A DNA stretch of 38,871 nucleotides, taken from the IMG/VR virus record IMGVR_UViG_3300020042_012380, positions 1 through 38,871 of that record; one strand, given 5' to 3'. Position numbers and translations under genes: made by a program. Source of the DNA: a virus. Taxonomy: Duplodnaviria; Caudoviricetes. This document shows, piece by piece, positions 11,101 to 19,532 of the stretch (its first letter is position 1; each line of letters begins with the position of its first letter). The notes below the pieces were generated by a model. It had not been told where the DNA came from. It made no database searches and saw only the letters and a list, made by a program, of their open reading frames with translations.

Positions 11101-11484
11101 GTAGCAAAAACTATTAAAGATAATGGTCTTCAAAAATATATTAAATCTGTTGATTCTGGATTTGCCCTTAGAAATGTAACGAATGGCACAAGATTATCTA
11201 ATCATGCTTTTGGATTTGCTATAGATCTTAATGTTACCTCCCCTGGTCATGGGTGGAATCAAGGATTTATTTTAGGTGATAAAAAAACTACAAGTAAAAT
11301 TATTTTAAATAGAAATACAAAACCATTTTCAACCCAATTAATGGGAGAACAAGAATTTGGTTTTTGGAGGGTAGCTAGAAGTTTTGGATTTGAAGGTATA
11401 GGATGGTATTATGAAAAAGATGCAATGCATTTTTCTATAAATGAAGGTTTACAAACAGATATCCCAAAAATACCAACTAACTAA
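8146..11484 (+). CDS. Large baseplate hub protein with C-terminal M15-family peptidoglycan peptidase domain
   Basis: 1112 aa; hub-like N-terminal region (LYLRLGYTVLLEWG, GKVSNFSW); C-terminal R...SNHAFGFAIDLN...DAMHF zinc-peptidase motif. Confidence 0.72.
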   Translation: MAIIGEKLESYVIDQINARQLLHGSGAGTANDGSQDIRSDQQINLLNSNTSWIKLASGISVDASRLRDIQVSTSYSGMGLAKNYILYAGVSRLEQDGTDRLIQRQGFLPQTRNSSYTYGTYGYSPMPGISSADIKALNRGSLKKATVKLTAHNKQQFDIIDLLYLRLGYTVLLEWGNSIYTPDGVTREIVRNTLLENTFFNINGKGSYLDMLGPIEQYRKKYAGNYDALLGKVSNFSWAFQPDGSYDIELTIISLGDVIESLKTNISSPQNLTKFIEESTGGKENPSEPSDQIDIIEDNKDANAIASMLWTWKWVNRTGVSADAESDPLYIKLGDGTESFVGGFLNPSGENITANLISYKFYYTAYEDALFDGYENPIRTNFPDLYPKYESTIKEFAKPKTKEQAEEYRKSLEEKLGDKKTFEFSREVYSREGIKTIRYATYKVNVRFKYVKNSERSITTNSPIEGFDNDDAFWINTEPVQYYLRFGALLEYIENDILPKIDISGTDKPPIFNIDLDTYSNYMYSLPNQISLDPRVCLVRNDHFTKDSGTAEVLSKLNPFRAEDYVKDNPNLNKAYPFNIYLNFEFIIESLNSNADERGDVNMYNFLKSICDGLNKSLGGINNLEPIIDESNNTLRIIDTTPIPGIGQSTTDYILQLYGYRKAGSLYDSTFVRKVDLKTSITPEFATMVTIGATAGGYVKGTEATAFSKWNIGLTDRFKEKFIPGNPESQNKEGEIDEAVVNYTERFLSPKKFTSCYGFSGNLMQPSSKLKISTDAIENNLSVVTEYFKYLIASNKTNSGGTIGFIPFKISFTMDGISGIKIYNKLHVDTRFLPKAYGDNLNLIVTGVNHKLANDDWETDIEATVIPRTDGGSDVIITAEAIKQDIQEVKNAPSNGEIGYPVSPQDLKLVEKAGGVAPYILLPNGQIKVKTWPSNLRPGDPGYNPKARHWFVPNLDYPLVSVKIPSKNGEKSLQVHKDFAAKIEKVAKTIKDNGLQKYIKSVDSGFALRNVTNGTRLSNHAFGFAIDLNVTSPGHGWNQGFILGDKKTTSKIILNRNTKPFSTQLMGEQEFGFWRVARSFGFEGIGWYYEKDAMHFSINEGLQTDIPKIPTN

Positions 11485-11490
11485 AATTTT

Positions 11491-12414
11491 ATGACTTACT
11501 ATCCTTTATCCCAAATAAAAACTAATTTATATACTAATGGAGGAGAATATTCTCTTTTAACAAATAGAGGCAGGTATGTAGGGTATTATTATGAAGTATC
11601 TACCGGACAAAAATATACTGGTAAAAATCCACAAGATAAACCTAATATTTTATTAATTCCTATTACCTTAACTAATGAAGTTGATCCAACAATCCCATTT
11701 GTTCAATCAAATTTAGATAATTTAATTACTTTAAATAATGTAGTAGGAAGAGATCAAGCAAAACAATTTGAATTTGATACTTCTTTTATCCCACCCCCAT
11801 CATTAAATACTAATCCAAGATTAATACCTAAATTTAACCTAACCCTTCCAACTCCCCAAGACCAACAAAACGGACAGTTTACAAGATATTTTTGTAAAAA
11901 AACTAACGAAATACAATACTTAGAAATTGATATAGATACCTTTAAAAAACTTACCCATAAAGACCCCCAAATAGCCTGGGATTTACACAATCCAGTTTCT
12001 TTAATTTGGCAAATTACAGGCAATAAAGAACAAGTTTATAATTCAAATAGGGCATCCACTATTGCTATAGAGCAAAACTTAAAATGGTATGGATTTTCTC
12101 AATACTTTCAAGACAAATTTTTAAAATATTATCAATCACAAGATATAAATAATTTGTACACAACAGGTGGTGAATTTACAACTAAAAATGGACAAAATTA
12201 CATTGGATTTTATCATATACATAATGGTATAACACCTATGGTAGGAAAAACTCATATAAATACCCCTCACGACGTTTTAATTTCTATAAAAAAACCACAA
12301 CCTATAACCCAAACTACTAGCAGCATAATATTACCAACTCTCCCTAATATTCCAAGTGGAGGAGGAAGCTACTCTGGGGGAGGAAGTTCTATAGGTGGAA
12401 GAGGAAGTTACTAA
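11491..12414 (+). CDS. Hypothetical virion protein with a duplicated NLYTxGGE domain
   Basis: NLYTNGGEYSLLTNRGRYVGYYYE and NLYTTGGEFTTKNGQNYIGFYHIH copies; Gly/Ser-rich tail; last gene of the tail module. Confidence 0.65.
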   Translation: MTYYPLSQIKTNLYTNGGEYSLLTNRGRYVGYYYEVSTGQKYTGKNPQDKPNILLIPITLTNEVDPTIPFVQSNLDNLITLNNVVGRDQAKQFEFDTSFIPPPSLNTNPRLIPKFNLTLPTPQDQQNGQFTRYFCKKTNEIQYLEIDIDTFKKLTHKDPQIAWDLHNPVSLIWQITGNKEQVYNSNRASTIAIEQNLKWYGFSQYFQDKFLKYYQSQDINNLYTTGGEFTTKNGQNYIGFYHIHNGITPMVGKTHINTPHDVLISIKKPQPITQTTSSIILPTLPNIPSGGGSYSGGGSSIGGRGSY

Positions 12415-12420
12415 TTTAAA

Positions 12421-12452
12421 CTTGGAATTGTAAAATATAGTTTGTATCTTTA
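12421..12452 (+). promoter_or_regulatory. Bacteroidota-type -33/-7 promoter (CTTGG-N19-TATCTTTA) upstream of the DNA polymerase gene
   Basis: TTG at 12422-12424, 20-nt spacer, TATCTTTA at 12445-12452; one of five copies with the same spacing. Confidence 0.7.
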
Positions 12453-12456
12453 AAGC

Positions 12457-13704
12457 ATGTATTGGCTTATAGAAGATCCTAAACATATAGAAACAATTTG
12501 TAACATTAGCTACCAAACAGCATATGTTGAAGTAATCCCTACTTCACATAATTTTCACCCTGTTAAAAATGAAGTATGTGCTCTATACATTCGACCAAAA
12601 GATGATACAAAAGGATACATCATACCTGTTAACCATAGCGAAACAATAAATTTAACAATAGAGGATTGTTTAAAAGTATTAAACAGTATAAAATGTATTT
12701 ACGTAAGGGATAGAAAGGAATTTTTACATTATTTTGCTCTTAAGCATTGCTACCAACCATCACCCTCCCCCCATACGTATATACCTCAACAAACAACAGC
12801 TCACAATTACATTTACAACAAATACTCAAACATTCAAAATTTAAACACAATAGTACCGATTGTAAAACACTATGAGGTATGTGAACAAAATCATACTAAC
12901 TTTAAGGGTGAAATAAACCCATTTTACAATAAAGCAGCACTTGTGTTTAATCAACTAGAACAAACGGGTATAAAAGTGGACCCTCAATTATTTGAACAGT
13001 ACTTTGATCAACAAGTAGACGAGTTTATATACACGCAATATAACCTAAACACATTAACAACAAGGCCATCAAATGCCTTTAACCATATTAATTTTTCAGC
13101 CCTAAACAAAGACAACAATGAAAGAAAATGTTTTATACCCCGCAATCAAAGTTTTATTGAGTTTGACATATCTGCTTATCACCCTACCCTTTTGGCTAAT
13201 CTTTGCGGTTACGACTTTGGCAGTGACGATATTCACTTATCTTTTTCTAAAATGTATGGAGTTGATTACGCCAAAGCAAAAGAGATCACGTTTAAACAGC
13301 TTTATGGAGGAATATGGAAGGAATACGAGACCTTGGACTTTTTTCGACAAGTAAAAGCATATACAGACGATTTATGGAAATTATTTAATATAAACGGCTA
13401 TATTAAATGCCCTATTTCAGACCATAAATTTGTAAAAAATGATCTGGAAAACATGAATCCGCAAAAGCTTTTAAATTACGTACTACAAAACTTGGAGACC
13501 GCAAATAATGTTCTTATATTATACGATATTTTTAAAATATTACGAGGAAAAAATACTAAACTCGTGTTATATGTGTATGATTCGTTTTTATTTGATTACG
13601 ATAAGAGTGAACCGGATGTAATGCTTAAAGTATTAGGAATATTTAACAAATATAAATTACAAGTAAAAACTAAAAAAGGCACTAATTATGCCAATATAAA
13701 ATAA
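12457..13704 (+). CDS. Compact family A DNA polymerase
   Basis: TLTTRPS, motif A FIEFDISAYHP, motif B AKEITFKQLYGG, motif C LYVYDSFLFD; only 415 aa. Confidence 0.8.
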   Translation: MYWLIEDPKHIETICNISYQTAYVEVIPTSHNFHPVKNEVCALYIRPKDDTKGYIIPVNHSETINLTIEDCLKVLNSIKCIYVRDRKEFLHYFALKHCYQPSPSPHTYIPQQTTAHNYIYNKYSNIQNLNTIVPIVKHYEVCEQNHTNFKGEINPFYNKAALVFNQLEQTGIKVDPQLFEQYFDQQVDEFIYTQYNLNTLTTRPSNAFNHINFSALNKDNNERKCFIPRNQSFIEFDISAYHPTLLANLCGYDFGSDDIHLSFSKMYGVDYAKAKEITFKQLYGGIWKEYETLDFFRQVKAYTDDLWKLFNINGYIKCPISDHKFVKNDLENMNPQKLLNYVLQNLETANNVLILYDIFKILRGKNTKLVLYVYDSFLFDYDKSEPDVMLKVLGIFNKYKLQVKTKKGTNYANIK

Positions 13705-13709
13705 AAGTT

Positions 13710-14171
13710 ATGTATAGTACTTTAGAACAACCCCGTCATATGTATGATCAATACGACTATGATTTTACATTTGAAAATTTATTGATGAACAATAGACTGT
13801 TTTGTACTTTTACACCATTGAGTGAGTTAGAGGCGTTGGTTAGTGCGTTGTCTAGTCGTTACAGCATCATGTACAACAAAATGTTTGTGCTACACATTAA
13901 AAGCAATAACGAATACGTTATTACATACAATGTAGATCAAGGAAATGTAAATGATATTCCCGATAATACAATTCTCGTACATAGAAAAAAAGAATCAAAC
14001 ACATTATATACTATCAACGCATTAAACGAGTTGATTAAAAAGTTAAACGGTGGAGTTGTAGACACCCGTTTCCCAGTAAACTGGCAACATTATAAAAATT
14101 GTATTTTGTTAACTCAACATAATGAGATTAAGCAATTAAATACAAAGATTTATCAAATTGTTGAACTATAA
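13710..14171 (+). CDS. Hypothetical phage protein in the replication module
   Basis: 153-aa ORF with an AAGTT-ATG start between the polymerase and SSB genes. Confidence 0.7.
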   Translation: MYSTLEQPRHMYDQYDYDFTFENLLMNNRLFCTFTPLSELEALVSALSSRYSIMYNKMFVLHIKSNNEYVITYNVDQGNVNDIPDNTILVHRKKESNTLYTINALNELIKKLNGGVVDTRFPVNWQHYKNCILLTQHNEIKQLNTKIYQIVEL

Positions 14172-14203
14172 TTTGGTTATTTAAAAAAAGGTTATTATAT
14201 TAA
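14172..14203 (+). promoter_or_regulatory. Bacteroidota-type -33/-7 promoter (TTTGG-N19-TATATTAA) upstream of the SSB gene
   Basis: TTG 14173-14175, 20-nt spacer, TATATTAA 14196-14203. Confidence 0.7.
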
Positions 14204-14234
14204 ACGTTGTAAACAATTTAATTTTAGTTATATT

Positions 14235-15062
14235 ATGAATCTAGACGCAATCAAGAAAAAACTTGAGTCAATGCAAAAGACCTCTAATGGTGGTTCAAGC
14301 AACAATTCAAGCAATGTTAAGCGATTTAAGCCTACCATTGGAAAACAAACAGTCCGTGTTGTACCTTTTAAATACAACAAAGAATTTCCATTCACGGAAA
14401 TGAAATTTTACTACGGTATCGGAAGCCGTAAAGTAATCGCTTCGCCTTTAAATTGGGGTGAAAAAGATCCAATTGCAGAATTTGCAAAACAATTACGTGG
14501 AACAAACGACAAAGAAAATTGGCGTTTAGCTAAAAAATTAGATCCGAAAACTCGTATCTATGCTCCTGTAATTGTACGTGGTGAGGAAAGTGAAGGTGTT
14601 CAATTGTGGGAATTTGGTAAAGAAATTTACGAAGCATTTTTGCAAATGGCAGCTGATGAAGAAGTAGGTGATTTTACAGATATCATGTCTGGACGTGACA
14701 TCAAAATGACTACAGTAGGACCTGAAGCTACAGGTACAAAGTACAATAAGACAACTATTACTCCATCAATGAAAACTTCTGAATTATCTGAAGATTCTAA
14801 ATTGATCGAAAAATGGTTAGAAGAGCAAGAAAATCCAAAAGATTTGTACAAGCCACTTCCATTTGATACTATCAAACAAGCACTTCAAGAATGGTTAAAT
14901 CCTGAAGATGAAGAAGAAACAACATCAGAGGAAGTAGTTGATGAAGTAAAAGAAGAACCAAAATCAAACTACAGTTTATCTACTAAACCAGAAGCTAAAA
15001 AGTCAAAAGTAGAAGCATTTGATGATCTGTTTGGTGAAGATGATGACGATGCTCCATTTTAA
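14235..15062 (+). CDS. Single-stranded DNA-binding protein (T4 gp32-like)
   Basis: FKP..GKQTVRVVP...DPIAEF...LWEFGKEIY...GRDI pattern, acidic C-terminal tail EDDDDAPF, adjacent to the recombinase gene. Confidence 0.78.
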   Translation: MNLDAIKKKLESMQKTSNGGSSNNSSNVKRFKPTIGKQTVRVVPFKYNKEFPFTEMKFYYGIGSRKVIASPLNWGEKDPIAEFAKQLRGTNDKENWRLAKKLDPKTRIYAPVIVRGEESEGVQLWEFGKEIYEAFLQMAADEEVGDFTDIMSGRDIKMTTVGPEATGTKYNKTTITPSMKTSELSEDSKLIEKWLEEQENPKDLYKPLPFDTIKQALQEWLNPEDEEETTSEEVVDEVKEEPKSNYSLSTKPEAKKSKVEAFDDLFGEDDDDAPF

Positions 15063-15078
15063 TTAAAATAAACAAGTT

Positions 15079-16164
15079 ATGGCAAAAGGAAGAAAATCGC
15101 TCACTGAAGCGGCGGACAAGGAACTAAAATCTGCGTTCAATTTAGATAAATTTAAGGCAAATAAAGGTTTAGCATCAAACGTTAAATTCAAAGAACAAAA
15201 GTGGATTCCATTTTCACCCGCTCTACAGGAAGCATTGTCTATCCCTGGCATTCCTATGGGACATAATTCAATGGTTCGAGGTAAAAGTAACACAGGTAAA
15301 TCAACTATGACCATCGAGGTAGCAGTTAATGCTCAAAAGATGGGAATATTACCTGTGTTAATCATTACCGAAATGAAACATGATTGGAACCACTGGAAAA
15401 CAATGGGTTTTGAAATTGAAGATGTTGTTGATACTGAAACAGGTGAGATTGTTGATCAAACAGGTTTCTTTATCTATAGAGATAGAAGTTCATTGAATTC
15501 AATTGAAGATATTGCTGCATTTATGATCGACTTATTAACCGAACAGAAAAAAGGCAATTTACCATACGATCTACTATTTATTTGGGACTCAGTCGGTTCA
15601 ATTCCATGTCAAATGTCTATTGAACAAGGTAAAAATAACCCAATGTGGAACGCAGGAGCCATTGCAACTCAATTCGGTAATTTTATCAATCAACAGATTG
15701 TAATGTCTCGTAAGGAAAGCTCAAAATACACGAATAGTTTATTTATTGTAAATAAAGTAGGTGTTGCTCCGGCTCTAACTCCAATGTCACAACCTAGGAT
15801 GACAAATAAAGGTGGAGATACATTTTACTATGACGTGTCATTGTGTTTAACTTTTGGGAATGTTACAAATGCTGGTACTTCTAAACTTAATGCTGTTAAG
15901 GACAAGAAAAAAGTTGAATTTGCATTGCGTACAAAAATTGCTTGTGATAAAAATCACATCAATGGAATTACTACAATGGGTACTATTGTTTCAACAGTAC
16001 ATGGGTTCATTAAAGATGACCCGAATGCAATTAAAAAGTACAAAGATACTCATGTTCACGAATGGGCAGATATTTTAGGACAGGGTACTTATACAGTACA
16101 AGAAGACAATAGTGAGTGGGACGAAAAAGCACCAACACCTGATTTATTTGAAAACGAAGATTAA
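15079..16164 (+). CDS. recA: RecA/UvsX-like recombinase
   Basis: GIPMG..SMVRGKSNTGKST (Walker A), FIWDSVG (Walker B), KGG..FYY, KNHI motifs. Confidence 0.8.
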   Translation: MAKGRKSLTEAADKELKSAFNLDKFKANKGLASNVKFKEQKWIPFSPALQEALSIPGIPMGHNSMVRGKSNTGKSTMTIEVAVNAQKMGILPVLIITEMKHDWNHWKTMGFEIEDVVDTETGEIVDQTGFFIYRDRSSLNSIEDIAAFMIDLLTEQKKGNLPYDLLFIWDSVGSIPCQMSIEQGKNNPMWNAGAIATQFGNFINQQIVMSRKESSKYTNSLFIVNKVGVAPALTPMSQPRMTNKGGDTFYYDVSLCLTFGNVTNAGTSKLNAVKDKKKVEFALRTKIACDKNHINGITTMGTIVSTVHGFIKDDPNAIKKYKDTHVHEWADILGQGTYTVQEDNSEWDEKAPTPDLFENED

Positions 16165-16165
16165 T

Positions 16166-17197
16166 ATGAAAAAAGACCTCTTAAACCTCTTAAACAATAT
16201 ACAAGAACACGGGGAAGAAACCCCACAATCAGAGCGATACCTGCTTATAGATGGACTCAATCTTTTCTTTCGAAATTTTAGTGCAATCAATGCAGTTAAT
16301 TCAAATGGAGTTCATATTGGAGGTTTAGGAGGATTTTTTCGTTCTTTGGGAGCTTTAATTCGCACCATTCAACCAACACAAGTTTATGTTGTGTTTGATG
16401 GTGTAGGTTCCTCTAATAATAGAAAAAATATTATTCCTGAATACAAGTCAAACAGAAATATAACTCGAGTAACTAAACATGAACTGTTTGATAATTTGGA
16501 AGAAGAAGATGACTCCAAAGTAGATCAAATAGTTCGCATCATCCAATACTTAAAAACGCTACCTGTTAAAACAGTTTCGTTACCTAGAGTAGAAGCAGAT
16601 GATATTATCGCTTATTTAAGTGATACTTTAATTACTAAACCCGAAGACAGAGCATTCATAGTATCCAGTGATAAAGATTATTTACAGTTGGTAAGCGAGC
16701 AAGTAATTGTTTATCGTCCAATTGAAAAAGAATATTACACAACAGATACTGTAAAAGAAAAATTTAATGTAACACCACATAACTTCCTATTATACAAATT
16801 ATTAATGGGTGATAGTTCTGATGGGGTAACAGGGATTAAAGGATTAGGGGCTAAAGGATTATTCAAAAAATTCCCCGAGTTATCAACAAGAGATTTATCA
16901 TTTGATGATTTAATTGATCTTGCTGAAGCTAAATTAAAAGAACATGTAGTATACGCAAGAGTATTACATGATGTGCCTTTGCTAGAAGACAAATACAGGG
17001 TAATGGATTTATCTAATCCAATGATGGATGATAAAGATAAGATGTTTATAGACAAGTTTGTTGAAGAAACACATTTACAATTCCTACCTCACACATTCGT
17101 TGAAATGTGCAACGAAGACCAAATTGGAAACTTAATTCGAAATACTGAATTCTGGGTTCAAGATGTTTTCAAAGATTTGTTGGTTACCCAACAATAA
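16166..17197 (+). CDS. 5'-3' exonuclease / flap endonuclease (PolI N-terminal domain / T4 RNase H-like)
   Basis: LLIDGLNLFFR, VVFDG, YKSNR, VEADDIIA, IVSSDKDYLQL, LMGDSSDGVTGIKGLGAK motifs; start moved to ATG 16166. Confidence 0.92.
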   Translation: MKKDLLNLLNNIQEHGEETPQSERYLLIDGLNLFFRNFSAINAVNSNGVHIGGLGGFFRSLGALIRTIQPTQVYVVFDGVGSSNNRKNIIPEYKSNRNITRVTKHELFDNLEEEDDSKVDQIVRIIQYLKTLPVKTVSLPRVEADDIIAYLSDTLITKPEDRAFIVSSDKDYLQLVSEQVIVYRPIEKEYYTTDTVKEKFNVTPHNFLLYKLLMGDSSDGVTGIKGLGAKGLFKKFPELSTRDLSFDDLIDLAEAKLKEHVVYARVLHDVPLLEDKYRVMDLSNPMMDDKDKMFIDKFVEETHLQFLPHTFVEMCNEDQIGNLIRNTEFWVQDVFKDLLVTQQ

Positions 17198-17225
17198 GTT
17201 ATTAAATTTAAATAAAAGTTATAAT

Positions 17226-18578
17226 ATGACCCTCCAATCAATTGATGAATACGGCCCATCGTTCCAAATGAAAGTAATATCTTCATTGTTAACGCATAAA
17301 GAATTTTTACAGAACATCAATGATGTATTGAGTGATGAATATTTCTCAAACCCAGCACATAAATGGGTTATAAATGAAATTTTAAATTACTACGAAAAAT
17401 ATCATACAACCATTTCAATGGATATTTTAAAAGTTGAAATGAAAAAGTTAGATAATGAAGTACTTAAAGTATCTGTAAAAGAACAGTTACGAGAAGCATA
17501 TAGAGCAGACATTGAAGATTTAGCTTATGTACAAGAAGAATTTTCTACATTTTGCAAAAACCAACAGTTAAAAAAAGCACTATTGAATAGTGTTGATTTA
17601 TTAAAAGCAGGTGATTACGAATCAATTAAGTACATGATCGAATCAGCGATGAAAGCAGGTGCTGATAAAAATATTGGGCACGAATATAAAAAAGACACTG
17701 AATCACGTTACCGTGAAGATCATAGAAAAATTGTTCCAACTCCATGGCCCGCTATTAATGAATTAATTCAAGGTGGTTTAGGAAATGGAGATTTAGGTTT
17801 AATTTTTGGTAGTCCTGGAGGAGGTAAATCTTGGACATTGGTTGCTTTAGGTGGATTTGCTGTAAAAATGGGATATAATGTTATCCACTATACTTTAGAA
17901 TTAAGTGAATCATATACTGGAAGACGATATGATGCTTTTTTTACAGGTGTACCTGTTGACCAATTAGAAAAATATAAAGATAACGTAGAAGCATCAACAT
18001 CTGATCTATTAGGTGAATTGATTATACGTGAATTTCCAATGGGAAAAACTACAATTTCTACAATAGAAGCGCATATAAATAAAGTAAAAGATTTAGGAAT
18101 TAAACCAGATCTTATTATAATAGATTATATTGATCTTCTTTCTTCAAAACGAAAAAGAGGAGATCGTAAGGAAGAGATTGATGATATTTATACAAGCACG
18201 AAGGGATTAGCTCGCGAATTAAACCTACCAATTTGGTCAGTTTCGCAAGTAAATCGCGCAGGAGCCAAAGATAATGTTATTGAAGGTGATAAAGCAGCGG
18301 GAAGTTATGATAAAATGATGATAACTGACCTTTCAATATCGTTATCAAGAAAGAAAGAAGATAAAGTTAACGGAACAGGGAGACTTCATATTATGAAAAA
18401 CCGATATGGAATGGATGGGCTTACTTTTCAAGTTGATGTTAACACATCTACGGGCCATATTTCAATTGGAGAACATTATGATGAAGAAGCTGATACCCCG
18501 AAAAAAATGTCAAGTGAAGAATATGAAGATCTTGATAGAAAAATGCTAGCAAACAAATTTTTTGAATTAAACACATGA
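17226..18578 (+). CDS. dnaB: Replicative DNA helicase (DnaB / T4 gp41-like)
   Basis: GSPGGGKS Walker A, YTLELS, IIIDYIDL, SQVNR, KNRYG motifs; start moved to ATG 17226. Confidence 0.9.
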   Translation: MTLQSIDEYGPSFQMKVISSLLTHKEFLQNINDVLSDEYFSNPAHKWVINEILNYYEKYHTTISMDILKVEMKKLDNEVLKVSVKEQLREAYRADIEDLAYVQEEFSTFCKNQQLKKALLNSVDLLKAGDYESIKYMIESAMKAGADKNIGHEYKKDTESRYREDHRKIVPTPWPAINELIQGGLGNGDLGLIFGSPGGGKSWTLVALGGFAVKMGYNVIHYTLELSESYTGRRYDAFFTGVPVDQLEKYKDNVEASTSDLLGELIIREFPMGKTTISTIEAHINKVKDLGIKPDLIIIDYIDLLSSKRKRGDRKEEIDDIYTSTKGLARELNLPIWSVSQVNRAGAKDNVIEGDKAAGSYDKMMITDLSISLSRKKEDKVNGTGRLHIMKNRYGMDGLTFQVDVNTSTGHISIGEHYDEEADTPKKMSSEEYEDLDRKMLANKFFELNT

Positions 18579-19522
18579 TAACTGAACTAAGACCTCATTA
18601 CAAACCATTTGAATACCAAACAGCATTTGAATTTTACAAAGACCAACATAGAGCACATTGGCTAGCTGATGAGGTACCTTTATCTTCAGATTTGAATGAC
18701 TGGAAACTTAAATTAAGCGAATCAGAAAAAAATCTAATAGGTAATATCTTGAAATCGTTTGCTCAAACAGAAACGTATGTAAACGATTATTGGGCAACAA
18801 AAGTTGCTGTATGGTTTCCTAAACATGAAATCAAAGCTATGGCGTGTGCATTCGCTGATTTTGAATCGATACATGCTGAGGCTTATGCTCGATTAAATGA
18901 AGAACTTGGATTAGATAACTTTGAGGCATTTATGGAAGATGAGGAAGCAAAAGCTAAAATCGATCGTCTAGTTGAACTACCTGGGGATACATTACGTGAA
19001 AAGGCACTTTCATTAGCCATATTTTCTGCATTTACAGAAGGTGTTAATTTATTTAGTTCATTTGCTATTTTGATGTCCTTCCAATTACGTAATTTAATGA
19101 AAGGTACCGGACAGATTGTAGAATGGAGCGTACGTGATGAATCATTACATTCAAAAGCTGGATGTTGGTTATTTAGAACAATGATAGAAGAAATGCCTGA
19201 ATTAAGTGAAGGTATGGAATCACAAATTTATGATGCCTGCGATGTTTCAGTTAAATTAGAATTTGACTTTATTGACAAAGCATTTGAAATGGGTGAAATT
19301 GAAGGTTTGAATAAAAACCAATTAAAAAACTTCATCAAGGAACGTGCCAATCAAAAATTAATTGAACTAGGTTATAATCCTTTATACAACGATATTGATC
19401 CAAACCTTTTGAAATCAATGGAATGGTTCGGACATTTAACAAGTGGTAAAACACATCAAGATTTCTTCGCAGGAAGAGTAACAGATTATTCAAAATCAAC
19501 CGCTGACTGGAGCGACTTATAA
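18575..19522 (+). CDS. nrdB: Ribonucleotide reductase class I beta subunit
   Basis: W..DEV, FAQTE, ESIHAEAY, FTEGVNLFSSF, RDESLH, DFF...VTDY motifs. Confidence 0.95.
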   Translation: MITELRPHYKPFEYQTAFEFYKDQHRAHWLADEVPLSSDLNDWKLKLSESEKNLIGNILKSFAQTETYVNDYWATKVAVWFPKHEIKAMACAFADFESIHAEAYARLNEELGLDNFEAFMEDEEAKAKIDRLVELPGDTLREKALSLAIFSAFTEGVNLFSSFAILMSFQLRNLMKGTGQIVEWSVRDESLHSKAGCWLFRTMIEEMPELSEGMESQIYDACDVSVKLEFDFIDKAFEMGEIEGLNKNQLKNFIKERANQKLIELGYNPLYNDIDPNLLKSMEWFGHLTSGKTHQDFFAGRVTDYSKSTADWSDL

Positions 19523-19532
19523 AAAACAATAA

